A stretch of DNA of 64,000 nucleotides, taken from positions 31,950 through 95,949 of the IMG/VR virus record IMGVR_UViG_3300021375_000014. The stretch is one strand, 5' to 3'. The position numbers were made by a program, and so were the translations under genes. Every line of letters starts with the position of its first letter. Position 1 is the stretch's first letter. Shown here one piece after another: positions 52,275-62,631 of the stretch. The DNA comes from a virus. The notes under the pieces were generated by a model, which was not told the DNA's origin, did no database searches, and was given only the letters and a program-made list of their open reading frames with translations.

Positions 52275-52277
52275 ATA
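52270..52277 (+). promoter_or_regulatory. T4-like late promoter (TATAAATA)
   Basis: exact T4 late consensus overlapping the portal stop. Confidence 0.55.
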
Positions 52278-52282
52278 CTAGT

Positions 52283-52498
52283 ATGAGATATTCAGAATTA
52301 AAAGAAAATTATGATCCTACTGAAGATAAGTCGGTAGTTGCAAGTTTAGACGATACCAGAAAGGTTCGTTTAACTTTGCGGCATTTATCCAAACTTAGAA
52401 AAATACGTGATTATCGTAATTATGAAAAAAGTTTAAAGAGTGAACAGTTAAAAACACAATATGGTAGTTCATCTGATTCATCTGCTACTGAGATGTAA
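52283..52498 (+). CDS. small head-module protein
   Basis: 71 aa, TRKVRLTLRHLSKLRK; located between portal and core genes. Confidence 0.65.
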   Translation: MRYSELKENYDPTEDKSVVASLDDTRKVRLTLRHLSKLRKIRDYRNYEKSLKSEQLKTQYGSSSDSSATEM

Positions 52499-52625
52499 AA
52501 TATATTTAATATTTTAATTATATTGTATGTTTTAACTATATTAAGTGGACTAAATATCTCTACGACTAAAAAAACAGATAAAATAGCTGTTTTTTTGCTA
52601 TTTCCCAATCAATTAAAAATTTACT

Positions 52626-52633
52626 TATAAATA
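52626..52633 (+). promoter_or_regulatory. T4-like late promoter (TATAAATA)
   Basis: exact consensus upstream of the head core operon. Confidence 0.7.
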
Positions 52634-52711
52634 CTTTTGAAACAAGAGTGTTTCTACAACCTTGCCACTATTATTTTGGCGTGGCTTTAACTTTAGATAA
52701 GGAGACATAAT

Positions 52712-53515
52712 ATGTCAAGAAGCAAACTAGAACAGGTACTAGAACTTCTTATCAACGAAGAACGTGCAGCAGCAGAAGAGCTACTACATGATTTTATCGT
52801 AGAGAACGCTCGTCAAATCCACGAGGAACTTTTGAACGAAAGTGATGAAGTTGTAGAAGAAGACCTTGAGGATCTAGACGAGTCAGAAGAAGAACTAGAA
52901 GAAGGCGAACTTTCACTAGAATCAGATGATGATGATGATGCTGCAGAATTAGAAGCAGATGCTGCAGAAATTGAATCAGAAGAATTCTATGACGAAGACG
53001 AGATGGAAGATGATGAAGCATTAGATGACCTAGAAATGGGTGATATGGATGATGATTCTGAAGATGATGTTGAAACACGTGTAGATGATTTAGAGTCAGC
53101 ATTAGCAGAACTAGAAGCCGAATTTGAAAAAATTATGGCAGGCGACGATGAAGACGAAATGGACATGGAAGATGATGCAGAAGATGATGCAGAAGATGAA
53201 ATGGATATGGACGAATCAATCGATCTAGAACTAGAAGAATCAGACGATGAAGACTTAGAAGAGTCAGCAGACGACGAAGAGTTGAATGAATATGTAACAC
53301 CGGTATCAGCATCAGAAGGTGATGATGGCGATAATGTAGCATCAACAGTCAATGCAAACGCAAAGCGTCCCGGCGATGATTCAAATGCAGCACCAGTAAA
53401 AACAAATGATGGTAACACATCAGGCGGCACAGGTGAAGCAGCAAAAGATATGAATACAGGCAACGTTAATGTGTCAGGTAATAAATCTGCACCAGCAATG
53501 AAACCTGCAAAGTAA
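52712..53515 (+). CDS. highly acidic prohead core protein
   Basis: Asp/Glu-rich, AAGGAG RBS, precedes the protease. Confidence 0.7.
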   Translation: MSRSKLEQVLELLINEERAAAEELLHDFIVENARQIHEELLNESDEVVEEDLEDLDESEEELEEGELSLESDDDDDAAELEADAAEIESEEFYDEDEMEDDEALDDLEMGDMDDDSEDDVETRVDDLESALAELEAEFEKIMAGDDEDEMDMEDDAEDDAEDEMDMDESIDLELEESDDEDLEESADDEELNEYVTPVSASEGDDGDNVASTVNANAKRPGDDSNAAPVKTNDGNTSGGTGEAAKDMNTGNVNVSGNKSAPAMKPAK

Positions 53516-53539
53516 TCCACAGAGATCAGGAGAAATACA

Positions 53540-54169
53540 ATGACAATACTTATTGAAACGCTATCTCATAATCAAGCGGGCGTACAATCACGTATCGTTG
53601 AGAATGAAAATGGTGAAAAGAGTATGTTCATGGAAGGTATTTTCGTCCAAGGCGGCGTTAAAAATGCTAACCAGCGTGTTTATCCAGTTTCTGAAATCTC
53701 AAGAGCAGTGGAAAGTGTCCAGAAGAAAATTTCTGAAGGCTTTCCAGTTCTTGGAGAATGCGACCACCCGCCAGAGTTAACAGTAAATGTTGACCGTGTA
53801 TCTCATATGATTGAGAACATGTGGATGGATGGTCCCAACGGCTATGGCAAATTGAAAATTGTTCCTACACCCATGGGTAACATCATTAGAACATTAATCG
53901 AATCAGGCGCTACATTAGGTGTCTCATCAAGAGGTTCTGGTGAAGTTGATAACAGTGGAAATGTGAAAAACTTCGAAATTGTCACAGTAGATATCGTAGC
54001 GCAACCGAGTGCACCTGATGCGTACCCGAAAGCAATCTACGAGGGATTGATGAACATGAAAGGCGGTTACCAAGCTTGGAAACTTGCACAACATGCACAC
54101 AGTGATAAGGCTGCACAACAGCACTTATCAGAACAAATAGTTAAATTCATTCGTGAATTAAAACTTTAA
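53540..54169 (+). CDS. prohead protease (T4 gp21-like)
   Basis: NANQRVYP, GECDHP, GVSSRGSG, DIVAQPSAPDA. Confidence 0.95.
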   Translation: MTILIETLSHNQAGVQSRIVENENGEKSMFMEGIFVQGGVKNANQRVYPVSEISRAVESVQKKISEGFPVLGECDHPPELTVNVDRVSHMIENMWMDGPNGYGKLKIVPTPMGNIIRTLIESGATLGVSSRGSGEVDNSGNVKNFEIVTVDIVAQPSAPDAYPKAIYEGLMNMKGGYQAWKLAQHAHSDKAAQQHLSEQIVKFIRELKL

Positions 54170-54183
54170 CAGGAGAAGCAACA

Positions 54184-55296
54184 ATGGCAAACGAAATCCT
54201 TGCTAACCTTCTAGAGTCCGGCGCACTATCCGAAGAGGCTGGTGCTGCTATCACAGAGGCTATGGAAGCAAAACTAAATGAAGCAAGAGAGGAAATTACA
54301 GCCGAGTTGCGTGAAGAGTTCGCTCAAAAATTCGAACACGATAAAGGTGTTATCGTTGAAGCTATGGATAATATGTTGGAAACAGCAATCCGTGCTGAGA
54401 TGGAAGAATTCAAAACTGATCGCGAATCTCTAATCGCAGAACGAGTTGCGTATAAGAAAGCAATTTCTGAACACGCTAAAATCCTTGAAAAATTCATTAC
54501 TTCTCAACTTGCAACCGAAGTCAAAGAACTACGTGACGACCGTGTGAAAGTATCAGAGAACTTAGATAAAACTAAGCAATTCGTTACAAAACAATTAGCA
54601 CGTGAACTTGCAGAGTTCCATAATGACAAACGTGAATTAGTAGAAACTAAAGTACGTATGGTAGCAGAAGGCAAAGAACTACTTTTGAAAACAAAAGAGT
54701 CTTTTGTTAAACGTTCAGCAGAGTTAGTAGAAAGTACAATTTCTAACGCTCTACGTTCAGAATTAACTGCACTTAAAGAGGACATCACAGCAGCCAAAGA
54801 AAATGAATTTGGTCGCAAGTTGTTCGAAGCATTTGCAGGTGAATTTATGTCTTCGCAATTAAATGAAGGCACTGAAGTCGCAAAAATGAACGGCAAACTA
54901 AACGAATCTGCGCAAAAAGTTGCAGAACTAGAAGAAATGATTGCTGATAAAGAAGCAGCTATTATTGAAGCATCACGCAAGCAGCGTGTAATGGAAGATC
55001 GCATGTCTCGTAAAACCGAGATGGATTCTCTATTATCACCACTAGCAGGCGAGAAACGCAGAGTAATGTCTGATTTATTAGAATCAGTAAAAACTTCAAA
55101 ATTAAAGGCTGCTTTTAAGAAATATCTACCAGCAGTTTTAAATGAAAATGTTACTGCGCATGCAGAAACAAAAACAACCCTAACTGAAAGCAAAGTTACA
55201 GAACGTACTGGTGACCGCGAAGTATCTGTTGATACATCCAGATCATCAAGTGACGATGCTAATATTGTTGTGCTAAAGAAATTAGCAGGACTATAA
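54184..55296 (+). CDS. prohead scaffolding protein (T4 gp22-like)
   Basis: coiled-coil, Glu-rich, located between protease and capsid. Confidence 0.85.
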   Translation: MANEILANLLESGALSEEAGAAITEAMEAKLNEAREEITAELREEFAQKFEHDKGVIVEAMDNMLETAIRAEMEEFKTDRESLIAERVAYKKAISEHAKILEKFITSQLATEVKELRDDRVKVSENLDKTKQFVTKQLARELAEFHNDKRELVETKVRMVAEGKELLLKTKESFVKRSAELVESTISNALRSELTALKEDITAAKENEFGRKLFEAFAGEFMSSQLNEGTEVAKMNGKLNESAQKVAELEEMIADKEAAIIEASRKQRVMEDRMSRKTEMDSLLSPLAGEKRRVMSDLLESVKTSKLKAAFKKYLPAVLNENVTAHAETKTTLTESKVTERTGDREVSVDTSRSSSDDANIVVLKKLAGL

Positions 55297-55320
55297 ACAC
55301 TTATTACAGGAGATAAAAAG

Positions 55321-56478
55321 ATGGAAAATCTTTTTGAAGGTAACAACTGGGATACAACACGTGAAGCACTTCTAGAAGGTCTAGAAGGAACAAAACGCGA
55401 TGTAATGTCATCAGTTCTAGAAAATACAAAAGTTGCTCTTAACGAGTCAGCAACAGCAGGCGCAACACAGTCAGGTAACATTGCGACACTAAACAAAGTG
55501 ATCCTACCAGTTATCCGTCGCGTTATGCCAACAGTTATTGCAAACGAAATCATCGGCGTTCAGCCAATGACAGGTCCAGTAGGTCAAATCCACACGCTAC
55601 GTGTTCGTTATTCAGACACAGCAGCAGGCGTAACAGCAGGTGCGGAAGCTCTATCACCATTTGAGATTGCTAAGAACTACTCAGGTGACGCAAATGGCGC
55701 ACCAGCAGCAACAGCATCAATGGAAGGTACTGCGGGTAACCGTATGTCAATCCAAGTCCTAAAGCAGACAGTAGAAGCAAAAACACGCAAACTATCAGCA
55801 CGTTGGACATTCGAAGCGGCACAAGACGCAAACGCAATGCACGGTCTAGACATCGAAGCAGAAATCATGGCAGCACTTGCTATGGAAATCACTGCTGAAA
55901 TCGACCAAGAAGTTCTAGGTTCACTAGAAAATCTAGCGACACAAGGCGCATCATTTGACATGTCACAGACATTCACTGGTACACCAACATTCGTAGGTGA
56001 CAAGCATGCAGTTCTAGCAACGCTAATCAACCAGCAGGCTAACCTAGTAGCACAGCGCACTCGTCGCGGTGCAGCAAACTGGGCAGTTGTTTCACCGTCA
56101 GCACTAACAGTGCTACAGTCAGCAACTACATCAGCATTTGCACGTACAACAGAAGGCACATTCGAAGCACCAACAAATACAAAATTCGTTGGTACTCTAA
56201 ATGGCACAATGCGTATCTATGTAAACACATATGCAGCAGACGATGCACCAGTACTTCTAGGCTACAAAGGTCAAGGCGAAATCGATGCAGCAGCATTCTA
56301 TTGCCCATATGTACCTCTAATGTCATCAGGCGTTGTTGTTGATCCAGCATCATTCGAGCCAGTAGTATCATTCATGACACGCTACGGTTACGTTGAGCTA
56401 ACAAACACAGCATCATCACTAGGCAACGCAGCAGATTACGTTTCAAAAATCGCTGTATCAAACCTAGCATTCGTATAA
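55321..56478 (+). CDS. major capsid protein (T4 gp23-like)
   Basis: GVQPMTGPVGQI, RKLSARWT, EITAEID, FYCPYVPL, TRYG. Confidence 0.95.
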   Translation: MENLFEGNNWDTTREALLEGLEGTKRDVMSSVLENTKVALNESATAGATQSGNIATLNKVILPVIRRVMPTVIANEIIGVQPMTGPVGQIHTLRVRYSDTAAGVTAGAEALSPFEIAKNYSGDANGAPAATASMEGTAGNRMSIQVLKQTVEAKTRKLSARWTFEAAQDANAMHGLDIEAEIMAALAMEITAEIDQEVLGSLENLATQGASFDMSQTFTGTPTFVGDKHAVLATLINQQANLVAQRTRRGAANWAVVSPSALTVLQSATTSAFARTTEGTFEAPTNTKFVGTLNGTMRIYVNTYAADDAPVLLGYKGQGEIDAAAFYCPYVPLMSSGVVVDPASFEPVVSFMTRYGYVELTNTASSLGNAADYVSKIAVSNLAFV

Positions 56479-56504
56479 GTTTTACTTAAACGACTAAAAT
56501 AATT

Positions 56505-56533
56505 AAACCCGGGAGAATTCTCCCGGGTTTTTT
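56505..56533 (+). terminator. rho-independent terminator after the capsid gene
   Basis: AAACCCGGGAGAATTCTCCCGGGTTTTTT. Confidence 0.9.
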
Positions 56534-56564
56534 GGTGTCTGTATTATGTATATATTATATAACT

Positions 56565-56572
56565 GATAAATA
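56565..56572 (+). promoter_or_regulatory. T4-like late promoter (GATAAATA)
   Basis: upstream of the fibre gene. Confidence 0.6.
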
Positions 56573-56605
56573 CAATTATATAAAACATTGTATTAGGAAG
56601 TAAAG

Positions 56606-59600
56606 ATGGCAGAACAAATTAAATTTGGCGACAGACTGTTTTTGAGCGGTGAAAGAGTTATTGCACAAGAAGATGTGCAAATCAATAGAGATTTAAAAGT
56701 TAATAGAGATGTAGTAATTCAAGGTAATCTAGATGTTAACGGAACAGTAACTACAATTGATACAACTGACTTATTCATAGCAGATCCTATCGTAGGTATG
56801 AATTATGACCATACCGGTGTTCCTACAGAAGATGTAGGATTTGAAATATTTCGTGGCGATGAAGATAATGTATTTTATGTTTGGGATGAAACTATCGATA
56901 GTTGGAGTACACGTGGCACTGATTTAGTTGTACGAAATTTTCATGCAACCGGTGATACTCTTATTAATGGCACATTACATGTTGATGGACAGTCAACATT
57001 GGCAAGTGTCAATGTAGAAGATTTAACTGATAATAGAATTGTTATTGTTGGTGTCGATGGCGAGATAGAAGATGATGCAAATTTTACATTTGATGCAACC
57101 GAATTTAATATAGGACAAGGTAGCTTTACTGTACAGCAGTCTAGTGGAAATACACAAATACTAGGAACATTGGATGTTGACAGCCAATCAACATTAGCAA
57201 GTGTTAATGTAGAAGATTTAACTGATAATAGAATTGTTATTGTTGGCGTTAATGGCGAATTAGAAGATGATGCCAACTTTACTATGGACGCAAGCACATT
57301 TAACATCGGCCAGGGTAATTTTACAGTAGATGTTGCGACTGGTAATATGCATACATCGGGAGACTTTGATGTAGATGGTCAATCTTCTATGGCATCTGCT
57401 AATGTAGAAGATTTAACAGACAATAGAATTGTTATTGCTGGAATAAATGGCGAATTAGAAGATGATGCTAATTTTACATTTAATGGCACTACATTTGATA
57501 TAGGTCAAGGCAACTTCACTGTAGTACAGAGTAGTGGCACTACGCAAATAGCAGGTAGTACTGATATTGATGGTCAACTAACCGCAGCAAGTACAAACAT
57601 CGAAGATTTAACAGACAATAGAATTGTTATTGCTGGAATAAATGGTGAATTAGAAGATGATGTTAATTTTACATTTGATAGCACTACATTTGATATAGGC
57701 CAAGGCAAATTTACTGTAGATGTTTCTTCTGGAATTACGACTATCCAAGATTATACTAGTATAATTAGTACTAATGCGTTGAGATTGCCAGTTGGTACTA
57801 GTGCACAGAGACCAGGAGAAGTTGGAGTTCCTATAGCAGTTGCACAAGGACAAATTAGATACAATACTGGAGATCAAACATTTGAAGGATATGACGGAAA
57901 TAATTGGGGAAGTCTAGGTGGTGTTAAAGACGTTGACCAAAATACTTACATTATTTCAGAAACATCGCCTGGCGCTGACAATAATCAATTAGATTTTTTC
58001 ACTGAAGCAGTACATCGGATGCGTATAGATGTTAATGGTGATATATTAATAGGTGATAATTTAGATAAGTTCACAATTGATTATCTTACTGGTGATACTA
58101 TAACGTTGGGCGATCTTACTGTAGCACAGAATACAACTATCAATGGCAATTTAACTGTAAATGGTACAACTACAACTGTGGACACAGAAACTATATTATT
58201 GGCAGATAATATTATTACTTTAAATAGTAACTACACTGGTTCAATTCCATCTGAGAATTCTGGAATCGAGATAAATCGAGGATCTTTGTTTACTCCTGCG
58301 ATTAGATGGAACGAAACTAGTGATATATGGGAATTCACAAACGATGAATCAAACTATCGTCCTATACCTTACACAACTAATGACTTAACTGAGGGCACAA
58401 ATAATCTTTACTTTACTACGCAGCGGGCAAGAGACTCTATCGCTATTGGCGCAGACAGTTCGGAATTAGAATGGGATCCATCAACTGGACTGTTAACATA
58501 TGTTGGTGCTGCTGTTACTCTTTCTGATAATGCTCCGACATCGCCTGCTCCAAAAGAAGGAGATATATGGTTTGATACTTTGAACACTGGCAGAGCGTAT
58601 GTATATGCTGGACCAGTGGAAGCCTGGATAGACTTATCACCTGGAATCGTTGGTCCAGACGGATTAAGTGCTTATCAAGTTGCAATTGCAGAAGGATTTA
58701 ATGGAACAGTAACTGAATGGTTAGATTCATTACAAGGTGAACAGGGCATACAAGGACCAAAGGGCGATACCGGTGATCAAGGACCTCAAGGTATCCAAGG
58801 TATTCAAGGAATACAAGGTGAACAGGGTATACAAGGTATCGGTGCAATTGTTTCCACTTCTGCTCCATCAACCCCAGATTTGGGAGACGCATGGTATGAT
58901 ATCTCTGCTCCTGACCAAGGCTTATATGTCTGGGATGGAGCCACATGGTTAAATAGTATGGGACCTAATATAGATACCACCGCCACAGGCGTAGACATCA
59001 CGGGTACTTTGACCAGCGATGGGCTGGGAGTGTCTGGTTTAGTTACTCTTGATGACTATAGCGGAAACTCTGGCAGGGGTCGCATAAATATTGGTAACTC
59101 TGGTCAGCAATACATTGAAGGATATGATACTGGAAATGCTGGGTCAGGCTCTTACCTAAGTTTTGGTCAAGGTGTATCAGAACATATGAGGCTGGATACC
59201 AGCGGTAACTTGCTGGTGGGTAAGACTGCCACAGACAGCGGAACTGTTGGCTTTGAAGCGGCACAAGATGGTCATGTTTATGTTACTGTAAACGACACGC
59301 TGCCCCTTTATATCAACCGTCAATCAGGCAGTGAACTACAAAGGTTTGCTTCTAACGGCGCCACTGTGGGGAGTATTTCTACAGTTGGGACTAATCTACA
59401 TATAGGTAAGGTCAGCGGCCTATCTTTCCAAAACAACGATGTAATTCGTCCTGTAAAAAATGATGTAAGAACCGATGCTGTTATAGACTTAGGAGACAGT
59501 GGCGGTCGCTTCAAAGACGGCTACTTCAGCGGCACAGTCAACGCAGCCAACTTCAACACCACCTCAGACGCCACACTCAAGACCAACGTAGAGACGCTCA

Positions 59601-59839
59601 CAGGCTCTCTGGATGCCGTTAAGTCTCTGCGTGGTGTCTCATTCGATTGGATCGAGAATGGCAACTCAGAGGTCGGCGTAATCGCTCAGGAAGTGGAAGA
59701 TGTACTGCCGGATGTAGTCAGCACAAATGACCAAGGCATCAAGTCAGTTAAATACGGAAATATGGTGGCTCTCTTGATTGAAGCCATTAAGGAACAACAG
59801 GCTCAGATTGACGAGCTTAAAGCACAACTTAACAGATAA
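56606..59839 (+). CDS. tail fibre with internal repeats, collagen-like segment and C-terminal intramolecular chaperone (S74)
   Basis: four 65-aa repeats, GxQ triplets, SDATLKTNV..GVIAQEVE..LLIEAIKE. Confidence 0.85.
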   Translation: MAEQIKFGDRLFLSGERVIAQEDVQINRDLKVNRDVVIQGNLDVNGTVTTIDTTDLFIADPIVGMNYDHTGVPTEDVGFEIFRGDEDNVFYVWDETIDSWSTRGTDLVVRNFHATGDTLINGTLHVDGQSTLASVNVEDLTDNRIVIVGVDGEIEDDANFTFDATEFNIGQGSFTVQQSSGNTQILGTLDVDSQSTLASVNVEDLTDNRIVIVGVNGELEDDANFTMDASTFNIGQGNFTVDVATGNMHTSGDFDVDGQSSMASANVEDLTDNRIVIAGINGELEDDANFTFNGTTFDIGQGNFTVVQSSGTTQIAGSTDIDGQLTAASTNIEDLTDNRIVIAGINGELEDDVNFTFDSTTFDIGQGKFTVDVSSGITTIQDYTSIISTNALRLPVGTSAQRPGEVGVPIAVAQGQIRYNTGDQTFEGYDGNNWGSLGGVKDVDQNTYIISETSPGADNNQLDFFTEAVHRMRIDVNGDILIGDNLDKFTIDYLTGDTITLGDLTVAQNTTINGNLTVNGTTTTVDTETILLADNIITLNSNYTGSIPSENSGIEINRGSLFTPAIRWNETSDIWEFTNDESNYRPIPYTTNDLTEGTNNLYFTTQRARDSIAIGADSSELEWDPSTGLLTYVGAAVTLSDNAPTSPAPKEGDIWFDTLNTGRAYVYAGPVEAWIDLSPGIVGPDGLSAYQVAIAEGFNGTVTEWLDSLQGEQGIQGPKGDTGDQGPQGIQGIQGIQGEQGIQGIGAIVSTSAPSTPDLGDAWYDISAPDQGLYVWDGATWLNSMGPNIDTTATGVDITGTLTSDGLGVSGLVTLDDYSGNSGRGRINIGNSGQQYIEGYDTGNAGSGSYLSFGQGVSEHMRLDTSGNLLVGKTATDSGTVGFEAAQDGHVYVTVNDTLPLYINRQSGSELQRFASNGATVGSISTVGTNLHIGKVSGLSFQNNDVIRPVKNDVRTDAVIDLGDSGGRFKDGYFSGTVNAANFNTTSDATLKTNVETLTGSLDAVKSLRGVSFDWIENGNSEVGVIAQEVEDVLPDVVSTNDQGIKSVKYGNMVALLIEAIKEQQAQIDELKAQLNR
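56980..57720 (+). repeat. four intragenic 195-nt tandem repeats
   Basis: repeat core (N)VEDLTDNRIVI starts at 57011, 57206, 57401, 57596. Confidence 0.9.
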
Positions 59840-59857
59840 TAGTGGAGGAACACGAAG

Positions 59858-60145
59858 ATGGCGATTAAAGTTAATGGTACTACGGTTATTGATGACAGTA
59901 GGAACCTTGTAAATATTGCAAGTGGGGCGGGTGGTAGTACAACCGCTGGTGCTGTTGGGACTTATGGGCTTTTAGTGACGGCATTAAACTATGGCGAATA
60001 CTTCCCCGGAGATACAATTGCAGGCTCAAATTTAAGGTGGACCAATACTTCAAGGCAGCAGAACGGAACCCCTTCCGGCACTTGGCAGATGATGGGATAT
60101 TCTGTTGCCAGTGATACCCCAACGGTTTGGCAGAGGATTTCATAA
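59858..60145 (+). CDS. small tail fibre-associated protein
   Basis: MAIKVNGTTVIDDSRN..GTWQMMG; GGAGG RBS. Confidence 0.65.
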   Translation: MAIKVNGTTVIDDSRNLVNIASGAGGSTTAGAVGTYGLLVTALNYGEYFPGDTIAGSNLRWTNTSRQQNGTPSGTWQMMGYSVASDTPTVWQRIS

Positions 60146-60561
60146 TGACTGTAACAATAACACAAGTCCGTAATGCGGCATCACTACAGTCTGACAATTT
60201 GCGCATGGACGTAGAGATTAACCACCCTAAGTTTGGCTGGATACCATATACTCTTGACCCTGCTGACACCGACACTACCATCGACAATGATGCAGTCATG
60301 GCGCTGATCGGCACAGACTTCGCAGCATATGTTCCGCCTACTCAGGCAGAGATAGATGCAGCCGCGGCTGCACAGGTTCGTGCAGAGCGTGACAGTATTT
60401 TAACCGGAGTAGTTGATCCTATCGCGTCTAATGCTTTACGCTGGGCTGATATGACAACTGAGCAGCAAAATGCGTGGTCACAGTACCGCACGGATTTGCT
60501 TAATGTACCACAGCAGAATGGCTTTCCATATAATATTGTGTGGCCCATCAAACCAGAATAA
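60145..60561 (+). CDS. tail fibre assembly chaperone-like protein
   Basis: VRAERDSIL..W.QYRTDLLNVPQQNGFP..WP..P; coupled start at 60145. Confidence 0.75.
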   Translation: MTVTITQVRNAASLQSDNLRMDVEINHPKFGWIPYTLDPADTDTTIDNDAVMALIGTDFAAYVPPTQAEIDAAAAAQVRAERDSILTGVVDPIASNALRWADMTTEQQNAWSQYRTDLLNVPQQNGFPYNIVWPIKPE

Positions 60562-60634
60562 TATAAATTAATTTAACGGATAATCAACATGTTGATAATA
60601 TGCCGCTAGTAACAAGGATAACAAGGATATAATC

Positions 60635-61630
60635 ATGACTAATAATTCAATGAATTTTCCAAAAAATGCTGCACAAAATGCAAAACATCAAAAATATGGA
60701 TATGAATATACATACGATACTGTGAATGATAGATGGATAGCAGAAGAGCATCCAATGATAATAAGAGATTATTCAAGAATATTACCCAAAGATTTTGAAC
60801 CTGTTATTAGAGATAATGGTGAAGCATTACAAAATGGCGATACATATTATAATATAACAACCGATACTACATTTACGTGGGATGAAGATGCTGGATATTG
60901 GAGAAGAACATCCGCTGGTGTTGTGATATCAGATACAATGCCAGTTGATTTATATGACGGACTTTTATGGCAAGATACTGTTGGCGGCGGTACATTTATA
61001 TATAATCAAGTTGGCGACACGTGGATCGAAGCAGGTGGCTCAGGTGGTGTTGCTACATTTGATTCATTGGCAAATAAACCAACAACTATTGCTGGATATG
61101 GTATCACTGATGCGTTCAACGGAGCATACTCAAGTCTTTCTGGAAAACCAACTATTCCAACGAATGTAAGTGAACTAACAAACGATGCAGAATATATTAC
61201 ATCAACAGTCGCAACTTCTATGACAATAACAGGAAATCTTGGAATTGGAATTGATCCTGCAGTTGAAAAATTACATGTTAATGGTAATATTGCTGCAACT
61301 GGTGATATAACTGCATTCTACTCTGATGAAAGATTGAAAGATTTTGACGGCAAAATAGATGGTGCATTGGACAAATTAGATAAAATTAACGGATATTACT
61401 ATAAAGGAAATGATATAGCGGCTGAATTTGGATATAACACAGATGAAAGACAAGTAGGCGTTAGTGCACAGGAAGTAGAAGCGATACTTCCAGAAGTGGT
61501 TAAAACTGCCCCTATTAGTTTAAATGGTGAAACTGACTATAAAACTGTACAATATGAAAAAATGGTACCGCTTCTAATTGAAGCAATCAAGGAATTGAAA
61601 GCAGAAATTGAAGAACTTAAAAAAAAGTAA
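60635..61630 (+). CDS. tail fibre/spike protein with S74 chaperone
   Basis: KPTTIAGYGITDA, YSDERLK, GVSAQEVE, LLIEAIKEL. Confidence 0.8.
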   Translation: MTNNSMNFPKNAAQNAKHQKYGYEYTYDTVNDRWIAEEHPMIIRDYSRILPKDFEPVIRDNGEALQNGDTYYNITTDTTFTWDEDAGYWRRTSAGVVISDTMPVDLYDGLLWQDTVGGGTFIYNQVGDTWIEAGGSGGVATFDSLANKPTTIAGYGITDAFNGAYSSLSGKPTIPTNVSELTNDAEYITSTVATSMTITGNLGIGIDPAVEKLHVNGNIAATGDITAFYSDERLKDFDGKIDGALDKLDKINGYYYKGNDIAAEFGYNTDERQVGVSAQEVEAILPEVVKTAPISLNGETDYKTVQYEKMVPLLIEAIKELKAEIEELKKK

Positions 61631-61665
61631 TAATTATGAAATGAAAATCGTAAGGCTCACACGAC

Positions 61666-62631
61666 ATGACAAAAAATAAATTTATAAATGGTGTAGCAGA
61701 TCAAACCACTGTACGAACAAATGACAGTTTGTATAAGTATAATGCTGAAAAAAATATTTGGTTAATAAATCGACTTAGTAAAACGGTTGATATATCTGAT
61801 TACAAAGATGATATTATTAATGATATAGAAAATAAACTTGGCACTGTTACCGCATCATCATTGGGTTTATTTGAAGGTGATGCATTATTGGTACCTGAAG
61901 ATTTTTGGGTATGGTCAGATTATACTGGCGGAGCCGCAATTAATATGGATGTTGGAAATACTATATTATTTAATTATGGTACCATTATAGGAAAAGGCGG
62001 CGCTGGCGGTGTTGGCCATCATGGCGAACCTGGTGGTCATGCCGTCAATATAACGGCAGACTTTGTTCAAGTAGAAAATTATTCCACTGGAATTATAGCT
62101 GGTGGTGGCGGCGGAGGCGCCGGCTCTGCTTATACATCAGGTGGTGGCGGCGCCGGGGGCGGTCATGGCGGTGGATCAGGTGGCTTCTACGGCGATGAAC
62201 AGGGCCCATACTATGGTGGTATTGGCGGATCTTTAAATCGGGCAGGCACTAATGGCACAGGTCTCTCGGACAGACTTGGCTACGGCGGTGGCGCTGGCGG
62301 CGGAGGAGGCGGGTGCGCTGACACTGGATCAAAGAGTAATGATCCTAGTGGTGCTGGTGGCGGTGGCGGTCGAATAATACCCGGTGTGGGTGGCATAGGT
62401 ACTATACGAGGGGAAGCTGGAGCAGGTGGTTCTGGTGGTAATGCAGGTGGCAACTCTACTGGCGGCTACTGGTGGGCCGGCGGTGGCGGTGGCTGGGGAG
62501 CACCTGGTGGTGCCGGTGGTATTGGCACAAATACATATCGTGTTGGCGGCGCTGCGGGCCTTGCAATTAATTGGAATGGTAGAACTTCAACAGTACTGGA
62601 TGAAGGTACTATATATGGAGGATACACATAA
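61666..62631 (+). CDS. glycine-rich fibre/adhesin protein
   Basis: poly-Gly runs (GGGGGGAG) resembling the polyglycine loops of T-even gp38-type adhesins. Confidence 0.65.
   Translation: MTKNKFINGVADQTTVRTNDSLYKYNAEKNIWLINRLSKTVDISDYKDDIINDIENKLGTVTASSLGLFEGDALLVPEDFWVWSDYTGGAAINMDVGNTILFNYGTIIGKGGAGGVGHHGEPGGHAVNITADFVQVENYSTGIIAGGGGGGAGSAYTSGGGGAGGGHGGGSGGFYGDEQGPYYGGIGGSLNRAGTNGTGLSDRLGYGGGAGGGGGGCADTGSKSNDPSGAGGGGGRIIPGVGGIGTIRGEAGAGGSGGNAGGNSTGGYWWAGGGGGWGAPGGAGGIGTNTYRVGGAAGLAINWNGRTSTVLDEGTIYGGYT

Noticed and set aside
52987-56207. Long antisense ORFs over the head genes (177, 349 and 176 aa)
   Set aside because: Shadow frames caused by the strong codon bias of highly expressed genes; no RBS or recognisable motifs
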